Assembly (NCBI GenBank): GCA_002269645.1
Contig: NIVC01002137.1
Coordinates: forward strand, 94,609 to 158,608
Reading direction: 5' to 3'
DNA: 64,000 nt
Source: Macrostomum lignano
Lineage: Eukaryota
The stretch's first letter is position 1. Every line of letters begins with the position of its first letter. Both the position numbers and the translations under genes were made by a program. The notes under the pieces were generated by a model that ran no database searches, was not told where the DNA came from, and saw only the letters and a list, made by a program, of their open reading frames with translations. Positions 1 to 11,209 of the stretch are shown piece by piece.

Positions 1-1215
1 CATCATGAGAAATCCCAATCATCATGAGAAATCCCAATCATCAGCATGAGAAATCCCAATCATCATGAGAAATCCCATTCAATATGAGAAATCCCAATCA
101 TCAATATGAGAAATCCCAATCATCATGAGAAATCCCATTCAATATGAGAAATCCCAATCATCAATATGAGAAATCCCAATCATCAATATGAGAAATCCCC
201 AATCATCAATATGAGAAATCCCAATCATCATGAGAAATCCCATTCAATATGAGAAATCCCAATCATCAATGTGAGAAATCCCAATCATCAATATGAGAAA
301 TCCCAATCATCATGAGAAATCCCATTCAATATGAGAAATCCCAATCATCAATATGAGAAATCCCAATCATCAATATGAGAAATCCCCAATCATCAATATG
401 AGAAATCCCAATCATCATGAGAAATCCCATTCAATATGAGAAATCCCAATCATCAATGTGAGAAATCCCAATCATCAATATGAGAAATCCCAATCATCAT
501 GAGAAATCCCATTCAATATGAGAAATCCCAATCATCAATATGAGAAATCCCAATCATCAATATGAGAAATCCCAATCATCAATATGAGAAATCCCAATCA
601 TCATGAGAAATCCCATTCAATATGAGAAATCCCAATCATCAATGTGAGAAATCCCAATCATCAATATGAGAAATCCCAATCATCAATATGAGAAATCCCA
701 ATCATCAATATGAGAAATCCCAATCATCAATGTGAGAAATCCCAATTATCATCATGAGAAATCCCAATCATCTGCATGGGAAATCCCAATCATCTGCATG
801 GGAAATCCCAATCATCTGCATGGGAAATCCCAATCATCTGCATGGGAAATCCCAATCATCTGCATGGGAAATCCCAATCATCTGCATGGGAAATCCCAAT
901 CATCTGCATGGGAAATCCAAATCATCATGAGAAATCCCAATCAGCATGAGAAATCCCAATCAGCATGAGAAATCCCAATCAGCATGAGAAATCCCAATCA
1001 GCATGAGAAATCCCAATCAGCATGAGAAATCCCAATCATCAGCATGGGAAATCCCAATCATGAGAAATCCCAATCATCAGCATGGGAAATCCCAATCATG
1101 AGAAATCCCAATCATCAGCATGAGAAATCCCAAGCATCATGAGAAATCCCAGTCATCAGCATGAGAAATCCCAGTCATCAGCATGAGAAATCCCAATCAT
1201 CATCATGGGAAATCC
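1..1215. repeat. Minisatellite, ~19-25 bp units (CATGAGAAATCCCAATCAT[CAAT]); probably intronic, upstream of the TRIM exon
   Basis: Tandem units run from the window start up to the acceptor CTGCAG at 1224-1229. A CCCC variant recurs 187 bp apart (191 and 378), indicating higher-order duplication. Confidence 0.95.
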
Positions 1216-1229
1216 CACGCCCCCTGCAG

Positions 1230-4081
1230 CCGGCCAGCCGAGCTCTACTGTCCCCAGTGTGAGGTGGCCTATTGCACCGACTGCCTTCGTCGCTACCACC
1301 CGAGCCTCGGGCCCTTGCGTCGACACGCCGTAGTCCAACTAGCCGGAGACGCCGACGTTCTCAGACGCCTTAGGCGCTCCCTCCGCTATCGCCGAGGCCA
1401 GCAGCAGCCGCCGCAACCGCTGCCGCCTTCTTCGAGTGTCAACGGCGAGACGTCGAGGAGTCGCCAAAGTCAGCGCGGCGTCGGCGCCGGCGGCAGCCTC
1501 CCGCTGTGCCCCCGACATCCCGCCAACCAGATTCGACTGCACTGCGCCACCTGCGACGTCGGCGTCTGCACCGACTGTCTCGCCGTCGACGACGACAGTC
1601 CCGAATCGATATCTGCGTCGATGTCGAGATCGGCCCCGTCGACATCGACGCCAGCTGGCCGACACGCCGGCCACTCGTTGATCACACTGACAGCGGCAGC
1701 CGAAGCTCGACGTGCCAAGTGTCGACAGCTTGGCGAGAAAGCCGCCGCCCTAGCGCTGGAAGTCGACAGAGAGGCGACATCGACCAGACGGGCAAGGGAC
1801 CGGCTCAGGTCGACGATTGTCGAGGCCCGCCGCAGTCTGGAGCTGCAGAGTCGGCGGGCGGCGCTGGATTTGGCGGCGGCTGTCCGGGCGGTCCGGGCGG
1901 ACGCGGAGGACCGGGCGGCGGCGCTTGAAGATGCCGCGGAGGCGGCGGCGCGGCTGGAGAGACAGCTGGCTGCTCAGGTGAATGACGGGTCATGGATGTT
2001 GAATGACTGGTCATGCATATTGAATGACCGTTTATGGATATTGAATGACTGGTCATGCATATTGAATGACCGTTTATGGATATTGAATGACTGGTCATGC
2101 ATATTGAATGACCGTTTATGAATATTGAATGACTGGTCATGCATATTGAATGAACGTTTATGAATATTGAATGACTGGTCGTGGATATGAAATGACTGGT
2201 CATGGATGTGGAATGACTGGTCTTGCATACTGAATGACAGGTCATGCATATTGAATGACGGTTCATGCATATTAAATGACGGGTCATGGATACTGGATGA
2301 CGGGTCGTGCATATTGAATGACGGGTCTTGCATACTAAATGACGGGTCTTGCATACTGAATGACTGGTCATAGAGAATAAATAACTATAGTCATGGATAC
2401 TGAATGACTGATCTTACTTATTAAATGACGGGTCATATTCTCCAGAGTCGACTCTCCTCCCGGCTGACCCGAGTGTCCCGCCAGCTGCTGCAGTCGTCAG
2501 CCTCGCCGCCATCATCAGCCGGGACTTCCCTAGCAACCGATGCAGCCACTGACCAGACAGACCTGCAGGTGTCCGCCTACCTGGCCAGCCTTCGCCAGTT
2601 CGACCGCTGCTCCGACAAGGCGAGCTCGCTGGCCGACTCTGGCGCCGCTCTGCGCCTCGGCTTGGAGTCTCGGGCGGCCGACGCCAAGCAGCTGCCTGCA
2701 GAGTTCAACGACCGGCTGCGGCGACACCTGGCGGAGGTCTGGCTGCTGGCGGCGCCGCCGAGAGCCGGGCAGGAAGCTGACGAGGAGCGCAGGTGAGACG
2801 CGAGTGAGGTGCTGGCGGGACGGGACGTCTTGTGCTCTCTTATGGCTCTTCCCCTCCGTTTTCCCGCTTTCCCCTCCGTTTTCCCGCTTTCCCCTCCGTT
2901 TTCCCGCTTTCCCCTCCGTTTTTCCGCTTTCCCCTCCGTTTTCCCGCTTTTCCCTCCGTTTTCCCGCTTTCGCCTCCGTCTCCCCGCTTTCCCCTCCGTC
3001 TCCCGCTTTCCCCTCTGTCTCCCCACTTTCCCCTTTGTCTCCCCGCTTTCCCCTCCGTCTCCCCGCTTTCCCCTCCGTCTCCCGCTTTCCCCTCTGTCTC
3101 CCCGCTTTCCCCTCTGTCTCCCCGCTTTCCCCTCCGTCTCCCAAATTTTCCCTCCGTCTTCTTACTTTCCCCTCCCTCTCCCCACTATTCTTTCCGTTTC
3201 TCCCAACTTCTCTCCATCCTTCCATCTTCCCGTCTCTTCTGTCTCCCTGTTTCCCTTAATCCCTCAATTGCGACACGGAAGCTATCATATTCCCATTCAA
3301 TCAATCCCGCGTGCTTTGCAGCTGCCGGCCACCTGGAACTGCCGGAAGCATTCCCGAATCTCGTCCTGATACCGCTTCAACTACTCATAGTAATGGCGGC
3401 GGCGGCGGCGGCACTGGCAAGCCGTCGGCTGCGCAGGCGCTGTTCCCGCGCGAGGCGTCCACTTGGGGCTTCTCAACCGCCGTGTTCAGCCCCGACTGCC
3501 CAGTCTCTAATGGGACTTCGTGGACGATTCTGATTGGCTGGGGCCAGCACCAGCACCTGCATCAGCAGCCTCAGTGGTCGGATATTCTCGCTTCTACGGG
3601 CGTGTCAGAGCGTCCAATTTTGTCTGCTGGGAATTTTAATTCTTCTTCAAAGTCTTCTTCTTTGGCGCAGAAGCAGCAACAGCAGCAGCGACTGTTGCTT
3701 GGCGACTGCGGATTCGGACTGATTGTGACTGAGCGCTGCGTCGCTTTCATTGCTAGAGGCGGAGAGCTGGCCCAGCAGCCTGTCTGCCGGCTGCCGCTAT
3801 CGCCCGCTTCTTCTTCTTCTAGTAGCAGCAATGGCAGCGTTTCCTTGCGGGTTCGCATCCGCCTGTCCCTGCCGCCGCACGGCCCGGCTGCACTGGCTTA
3901 TGAAATCTCCGAACAACAACAGCAGCAGCAAGACTCTTCTTCTAGTAGCAGCAATGCTTCGCTTAGCGGAGTTGAACTGCTTGGCACGAGGTGCAGCAGC
4001 CTGTACCCTGTGCTGTGCGTCACCAGTCGAGTTCGAGTGCAGGTGCTCGAGCAGCCAGCTGCCGCGTTGGTTGCTAGGTGA
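1230..4081 (+). CDS. TRIM9/TRIM67/MADD-2-like protein, 3' part (B-box1, B-box2, coiled coil, divergent SPRY-like C-terminus); 5' exons lie outside the window
   Basis: Exons 1230-1977, 2446-2792 and 3322-4081 have GT-AG sites and matching phases (0, then 2). YCPQCEVAYCTDCLRRYHPSLGPLRRH matches the TRIM9-type B-box1 pattern. CPRH...HCATCDVGVCTDC...H..H is B-box2, followed by an Ala/Arg-rich coiled coil. The last exon ends in LYPVLCVTSRVRV, reminiscent of a SPRY last strand. Confidence 0.75.
1978..2435. repeat. Intronic 21-bp minisatellite (TTGAATGACTGGTCATGCATA)
   Basis: The tandem array begins at the donor GT (GTGAATGACGGGTCATG) and fills the intron. Confidence 0.9.
2848..3190. repeat. Intronic 20-bp pyrimidine-rich minisatellite (TTTTCCCGCTTTCCCCTCCG)
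   Basis: Tandem units decay toward 3190. Confidence 0.9.
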
Positions 4082-5217
4082 ACTGTTGCTCTAGATCTCA
4101 CTCTAGACTGCAGATTTTCAAACACCAGGCTTTGTCGTCAGATTTTGGCCATAGACAAAAACTCATAAAACCCCAGCTGGGTTGAGGCATTGCGGGACAA
4201 TGTTGCCTTGTTGCGAATATTTACATACTAAATAGTTATTTCATATTACATATTATTATCGTTAGTATATATTAACTCTGCCCCACAGATTCTACGATAA
4301 CTAAATGGGCCACTCAGGCACCTTTACCTAGTAAAACAGCTGTCTACTTTCAGTTCAGTAGCAAAGAAGAATGCATAAGCTATTTTATAAAAATAAAGGC
4401 GGCTAAAATAACTTTGATAAGTTTAGAAGCTGAAGCTTACAGGTTTAAACAACTTGCTAATTGGTTCAGCAATAATGTACATTAGCCAGTCCACTGAAAT
4501 GTACATGGCAGATTTAGGCTGGAATTCCGAGAAAGGCAATAAAAACTGGGGCTGGGAGGGTGGAAAGGCTCGGTTGGAGGGTTCAATAAATGAGCCTTGG
4601 CTTTAAAAATACATTAAAATGCTTCTGTTTAACTTACTACTGAACTGAAAGTAGCTCACACGCAAATTTGCTGAGTATCTATCTTAAAGTATCTATGCTC
4701 TAGCCCAATCAAAAAAATTCCTTTGATTGCTAAGCAGAAAATTTTATTGTCTTTCTTAACTGTTTAAGATTTTTTAAGCATTCCAACAGGTTCTTTAATA
4801 AAATTATTTGCCTAGCTATTAAACGATTTAATCGATTTACTGCTTGTTTTTGCATCCAACCCTTGTTATATCGGGTCACAAAACTGTAATCTCATTTCAG
4901 TTCGGTGTTTCTGCATTGACTCTCATTACTATTGTACTGAAATTAAATTCAAACTATATGCTTCGTAAAATGCGTGATCCAGTTCATAATGTAGTTCTTT
5001 TTTAACTAGGTGATGTTTTTGGCTAAGTTTTTGTTCTTCTGATCTTATTATTTATTTTTATAAACATATTTGAATTAGTTAAAATACATAATTTGACATA
5101 AGGTTTTTTTGGGTTTGTCTTTCTTGCAATTGTTAATATGAAGCACACTTTAATTTTGTTTTTTTTCTTTTTTCCTACTTTAAGTAGTGACAACTGGATT
5201 CAAATTTAGTAGTTTTT

Positions 5218-5545
5218 AGGGTGTAGGAAAGGGCGGTGGTGTGGTAGGTGTAGTAAAGAGCGGTGGGGTGGTGGGTGTAGGAAAGAGCGGTGGGGTGGTG
5301 AGTGTAGGATAGAGCGGTGGGGTGGTGGGTGTAGGATAGAGCGGTGGGGTGGTGGGTGTAGGATAGAGCGGTGGGGTGTTGGGTGTAGGATAGAGCGGTG
5401 GGGTGGTGGGTGTAGGAAAGAGCGGTGGGGTGTTGGGTGTAGGATAGAGCGGTGGGGTGGTGGGTGTAGGAAAGAGCGGTGAGTGGTGGGTGTAGGATAG
5501 AGCGGTGGGGTGGTGGGTGTAGGAAAGAGCGGTGGGGTGGTTGTT
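5218..5545. repeat. G-rich 27-bp minisatellite (GTAGGATAGAGCGGTGGGGTGGTGGGT)
   Basis: Tandem units are directly visible. Confidence 0.9.
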
Positions 5546-6259
5546 GAGTAAGGAAAGACCGGGGAGATTGAAATAGTAAGAAAAAGTGTTATTGTTGAGG
5601 AGTTGATGAAGCAGAGACTGATTACAGTGGCAGAGCAATAGGAGCAGAATTTAGATATTCAAGGCGGCTAGTTCCATTTGGTTTTGTTGGGCTTATATTG
5701 TAATTTTCTGTTTAAACAGTTGCTTGTTACAAGCATTAGAGCTGGGTAAATGCAGCGATTTATTATTTATTAAATAAACCGGTTTGATTCTAATCACAAT
5801 ATAGTAAATCTCTAAGATCTTTACCTTCTCTTACGCTTTATACACCGAGTAAGTAGTACGGTTGGCTATTTTTTCCCCAAATATAAACGGCAACGCCTAA
5901 TCAAGGAGCCAACCAATCAGCTTGCATTCCTCGGCTTGTATAAAAAAGGACAGTTTTATACAATTTAGACAGTCTCTTATGCTAAACTGCTGCCAAATAA
6001 GTTCTCAAATTTTTACTGGTAGTGCTTGCGTTGTGAGCAGTCCGGGTCCTAATTAACACTTTAAATCTAAATCTAGTATAATATGGAAGTTGCTGGAGGA
6101 GTGCTACTGTTTTAGTGTCTACTTTATCGATTAGAATTTTTCGACTATCAGACCGGTGAGTAATTGGGTGATATTTGCGGTACTAGGAGAAATTTTGGCT
6201 CTTTTCATGAGGTACTGCTTCCTTCTGCTCCCCTCATCTTGATTTCATTTTTTTCCTCC

Positions 6260-6640
6260 GCATCCTCTCCTCCCTCCACATCCTCTCCTCCCTCCACTTG
6301 GAGCATCTCCCTCCAAATCCCCTCCAGCATCCCCCGTATCCCCTCTATCTCCCCCTCCGCATCTCCGTCTCCCCCTCCCCATCCCCTCCATCTCCCCCTC
6401 CGCATCCCCTCCGTTTCCCCCTCCGCATCCCCTCCGCCTCCCCTCTGCATCCCCTCCAGCATCCCCTGTATCCCCTCCATCTCCCCCTCCGCATCCCCTC
6501 CATCTCCCCCTGCGCATCCCCTCCATCTCCCCCTGCGCATCCCCTCCGTCTCCCCCTCCGCATCCCCTCCGCCTCCCCCTTCGAATCCCCTCCATCTCCC
6601 CCTCCACATCCTCTGCATCTCCCCTGCCGTACCCCTCCTT
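6260..6640. repeat. C-rich degenerate short-unit repeat (CATCCCCTCCG/CATCTCCCCCTC)
   Basis: Low-complexity tandem units; these generate the spurious Pro/Gly-rich ORFs. Confidence 0.85.
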
Positions 6641-7364
6641 CCCTATCTATAAATCTTAGCACCTGTACAACGCTAATCTTTATCCGCTATATCATCTAAT
6701 TATCTCATGATTCTGTAAATTTATAAGATCTTAAAGCCACTCTATTATTAATATAACTAATTCATATATAGTTGGGGCTGTCAGTGCCCAGTCTGCACTT
6801 TTATATGTACATGTGAGGGAGTAAAAATGTACAGGTACACTGGCATGAGTCTAGCACCGCTATAAGTCCAATCTAAGTGCGCAGCTATTCATCAATGACC
6901 AGTCAGAGTGAGACAGGGCTATAGCTCTTATCTATTAATGGCCATTAGCTAAAACTATAGCCATCAAATTGCAATGAATTATCTGAACAGCAAAGACCAT
7001 TGAGTCAGCCGATCAATAATTCATAATGCCCAGTTGACAGCCAAACCATGCAACAGAAGCAAGCTGGCTGAAGTTAAGGCCAAATTTATTCCACTTTTTA
7101 TGCTTTTTAGTAGAAATTCGCGAGAAATGAGGAAAAACTTCGTGTTGAGATTTTTAGCAACTTCCTCTGTATTCGATAATTGATTTCATGGTTTCACAAT
7201 TCTAATTCAGAGCAAGCATTGGTTGGTGCGATGGCAACTTGCCAAGGACTGCCATTTGCAATCGGTTTATGTACATCCTGGATTTGAAAACTGTCAGACC
7301 GAAACACCGTTCATTAGCATGATTGTCTGGCCTAGAAATCAGGGCTTCTCAGTGTTACAGCTTT

Positions 7365-7795
7365 TAGGGGATGGCACCAAATTTTAATAGAGATGGCGCC
7401 GAAATATAATCGTCAGGGATGGCGCCAAATTGTAATAGTCAGAGATGGCGCCAAAATATAATCATCAGGGATGGCGCCAAAATATAATCGTCAGGAATGG
7501 GGCCAAAATATAATCGTCAGGAATGGCGCCAAAGTATAATCGTCAGGAATGGGGCCAAGTTATAATCGTCAGGAATGGCGCCAAATTATAATCGTCGGGA
7601 ATGGCGCCAAAATAGATTCGTCAGGAATGGCGCCAAAATATAATAGTCAGGAATGGCGCCAAAATATAATAGTCAGGAATGGCGCCAAAATATAATAGTC
7701 AGGAATGGCGCCAAATTATAATCGTCAGGGATGGCGCCAAAATATAAATAGTCAGGAATGGCGCTAAACGGCAATTATCAGGAATGGCGCCAAAA
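7365..7795. repeat. 26-27 bp minisatellite (GTCAGGAATGGCGCCAAAATATAATC)
   Basis: Tandem units with a GGCGCC core. Confidence 0.9.
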
Positions 7796-8359
7796 ATAGT
7801 CAGCACAGGCGCTAAAATCAAGCCCGCCGGGCGCAAATGGTTCCGAATTCCAATCCAGGTCTAGTAGTAGTCCATGGCCTCAGTCGTCCATGGCTTGTAA
7901 AAATTTTATGACTGATGATTATAAAATCGGCAAAGTCGCTGATGACTGGACTCTTGACGGCTATTAGAGCCTCCGGGTGTCCCCAGGGGCCTTGAAATTG
8001 CTTTCTACTCGATCAGTGGCTGAGTGGCCACTGCAGGCAGGCGGAGGCGCATCGAGGGAATTTCCCAGAAAAAAACAGTTTACACAATAAAATTCCAATT
8101 CGCGACTGTCGCCGCCTTTTAAATTGACTTTTCGATGCATTGCGACGCCGTCAACGAGCGAAATTGGGAAAAAATTAAATTCCCAAATCCACAATTGTCT
8201 GCGTCAATTTTTACTGGAAACCGAGCCATGTACATCAGTGTAAATAGTATCGTAAATGTACAAATCGGCATGGCTTTTACCGCAAAAAATTGAATAAAAA
8301 AAGCGCCAAAATCAGGTCGCAAACGCCGTAAATTGAGTGAAGAGAGGCACTAATATTTA

Positions 8360-11086
8360 CTGTCAAAAGAGGCGCCAGTATTGAGTAAAAAGAGGCGCCA
8401 GTATTGAGTCAAAAGAGGCGCCAGTATTGAGTCAAAAGAGGCGCCAGTATTGAGTCAAAAGAGGCGCCAGTATTGAGTCAAAAGAGACGCCAATATTGAG
8501 TCAAAAGAGACGCCAATATTGAGTCAAAAAAGGCACCAATATTGAGTCAAAGGAGGAGCCAACCAATGAGTCAAAAGAAGCGCCAGTATTGAGTCAAAAG
8601 AGACGCCAATATTGAGTCAAAAAAGGCACCAGTATTGAGTCAAAGGAGGAGCCAACCAATGAGTCAAAAGAAGCGCCAGTATTGAGTCAAAAGAGACGCC
8701 AATATTGAGTCAAAAAAGGCACCAATATTGAGTCAAAGGAGGAGCCAACCAATGAGTCAAAAGGAGCGCCAGTATTGAGTCAAAAGAGGCGCCAATATTG
8801 AGTCAAAAGAGACGCCAAAATTGAGTCAAAAGAGGGGCCAGTATTTAGTCAAAAGAGACGCCAATAGTGAGTCAAAAGAGACGCCAATATTGAGTCAAAA
8901 GAGGCCCCAGTATCAAGTCGAAAGAGACGCCAATATTGAGTCAAAAGAGACGCCAATATTGAGTCAAAAGAGACGCCAAAATCGAGTCAAAAGAGGCGCC
9001 AATATTGAGTCAAAAGAGGCGCCAGAATTTAGTCAAAAAAGACGCCAATATTGAGTCAAAGAGGAGCCAACCAATGAGTCAAAAGAGGCGCCAGTATTTA
9101 GTCAAAAGAGGCGCCAGTATTGAGTCAAAAGAGGCGCCAATATTGAGTCAAAAGAGACGCCAATATTGAGTCAAAAGAGGCGGCAGTATTTAGTCAAAAG
9201 AGTCGCCAGTATTGGGTCGAAAGAGGCGCCAGAATTTAGTCAGAAGAGACGCCAATATTGAGTCAAAAGAGACGCCAATATTGAGTCAAAAGAGACGCCA
9301 ATATTGAGTCAAAAGAGGCGCCAGAATTTAGTCAAAAGAGGCGCCAGTATTGAGTCAAAAGAGACGCCAATATTGAGTCAAAAGAGGCGCCAACCAATAT
9401 GAGTCAAAAGAGGCGCCAGTATTGTGTCAAAAGAGGCGCCAGTATTGAGTCAAAAGAGGCGCCTGTATTGGGTCAAAAGAGACGCCAATATTGAGTCAAA
9501 AGAGACGCCAATATTGAGTCAAAGGAGGAGCCAACCAATGAGTCAAAAGAGGCGCCAGTATTGAGTCAAAAGAGGCGCCAATATTGAGTCAAAAGAGACG
9601 CCAATATTGAGTCAAAAGAGGCGCCAACCAATATGAGTCAAAAGAGGCGCCAGTATTGTGTCAAAAGAGGCGCCAATATTGAGTCAGAAGAGGCGCCAGT
9701 ATTGAGTCAAAAGAGGCGCCAATATTGAGTCAGAAGAGGCGCCAGTATTGTGTCAAAAGAGGCGCCAATATTGAGTCAGAAGAGGCGCCAGTATTGAGTC
9801 AAAAAAGGCACTAATATTGAGTCAAAGGAGGAGCCAACCAATGAGTCAAAAGAGGCGCCAGTATCGAGTCGAAAGAGACGCCAATATTGAGTCAAAAGAG
9901 ACGCCAATATTGAGTCAAAAGAGACGCCAATATCGAGTCAAAAGAGGCGCCAGTATTGAGTCAAAAGAGACGCCAATATTGAGTCAAAAGAGACGCCAAT
10001 ATTGAGTCAAAAGAGGCGCCAATATTGAGTCAAAAGAGACGCCAATATTGAGTCAAAAGAGGCGCCAGTATTGTGTCAAAAGAGGCGCCAGTATTGTGTC
10101 AAAAGAGGCGCCAATATTGAGTCAGAAGAGGCGCCAGTATTGAGTCAAAAAAGGCACCAATATTGAGTCAAAGGAGGAGCCAACCAATGAGTCAAAAGAA
10201 GCGCCAGTATTGAGTCAAAAGAGGCGCCAATATTGAGTCAAAAGAGGCGCCAGTATTGTGTCAAAAGAGGCGCCAATATTGAGTCAGAAGAGGCGCCAGT
10301 ATTGAGTCAAAAAAGGCACCAATATTGAGTCAAAGGAGGAGCCAACCAATGAGTCAAAAGAGGCGCCAGTATTGAGTCAAAAGAGGCGCCAATATTGAGT
10401 CAAAAGAGGCGCCAGTATTGAGTCAAAAGAGGCGCCAGAATTTAGTCAAAAAAGACGCCAATATTGAGTCAAAAGAGACGCCAATATTGAGTCAATAGAG
10501 ACGCCAATATCGAGTCAAAAGAGGCGCCAATATTGAGTCAAAAGAGGCGCCAGAATTTAGTCAAAAAGACGCCAATATTGAGTCAAAGAGGAGCCAACCA
10601 ATGAGTCAAAAGAGGTGCCAGAATTTAGTCAGAAGAGACGCCAATATTGAGTCTAAAGAGACGCCAATATTGAGTCAAAAGAGGCGCCAGTATTGGGTCA
10701 AAAGAGGCGCCAGAATTTAGTCAGAAGAGACGCCAATATTGAGTCAAAAGAGACGCCAATATTGTGTCAAAAGAGGCGCCAATATTGAGTCAGAAGAGGC
10801 GCCAGTATTGAGTCAAAAAAGGCACTAATATTGAGTCAAAAGAGACGCCAGAATTTAATATAAAAGGCCCCAGTATCAAGTCAAAAGAGGCGCCAGTATT
10901 GAGTCAAAAAAGGCGCCAGTACTGAGTCAAGAGACGCCAGTACTGAGTCAAAAAGAGGCGCTTGAATTTAGTCAAAAAGGCCCCAGTAGCAAGTTAAAAC
11001 AGACGCAAATATTGAGTAAAATGAAGCGCCATTATTGAATCAAAAGAGGCGCTAATATTGAGTCAAGAGGCGCCAATATTGAGTCA
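8360..11086. repeat. 2.7-kb 23-bp satellite (TTGAGTCAAAAGAGGCGCCA[G/A]TA); most units carry TGAGTCA
   Basis: Continuous tandem array with an interspersed variant unit GGAGGAGCCAACCAATGAGTCA. It ends ~120 bp before the ATG at 11210. Confidence 0.95.
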
Positions 11087-11209
11087 GAAGCTGAGCCCAA
11101 AGTCAAGTCTCAAATTCGCAGTTTTATCAGTAAACTGTCTATCGCTGAACTTCCGCTCACAGAGCGCCCTCACAAGCAGCTGCCGACAGCAAGAAACTTC
11201 GCGGCCGCA

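Noticed and set aside
7880-8050. Possible box C/D snoRNA (TGATGA...CTGA) and CAGTGGC/GCCACTG hairpin
   Set aside because: Spacing is too short, no antisense element to rRNA or snRNA is recognised, and such short motifs are expected by chance.
8360-11086. CRISPR array interpretation of the regular 23-35 bp repeats here and elsewhere
   Set aside because: Units are head-to-tail with no unique spacers, no cas genes are present, and the context is spliced eukaryotic genes.
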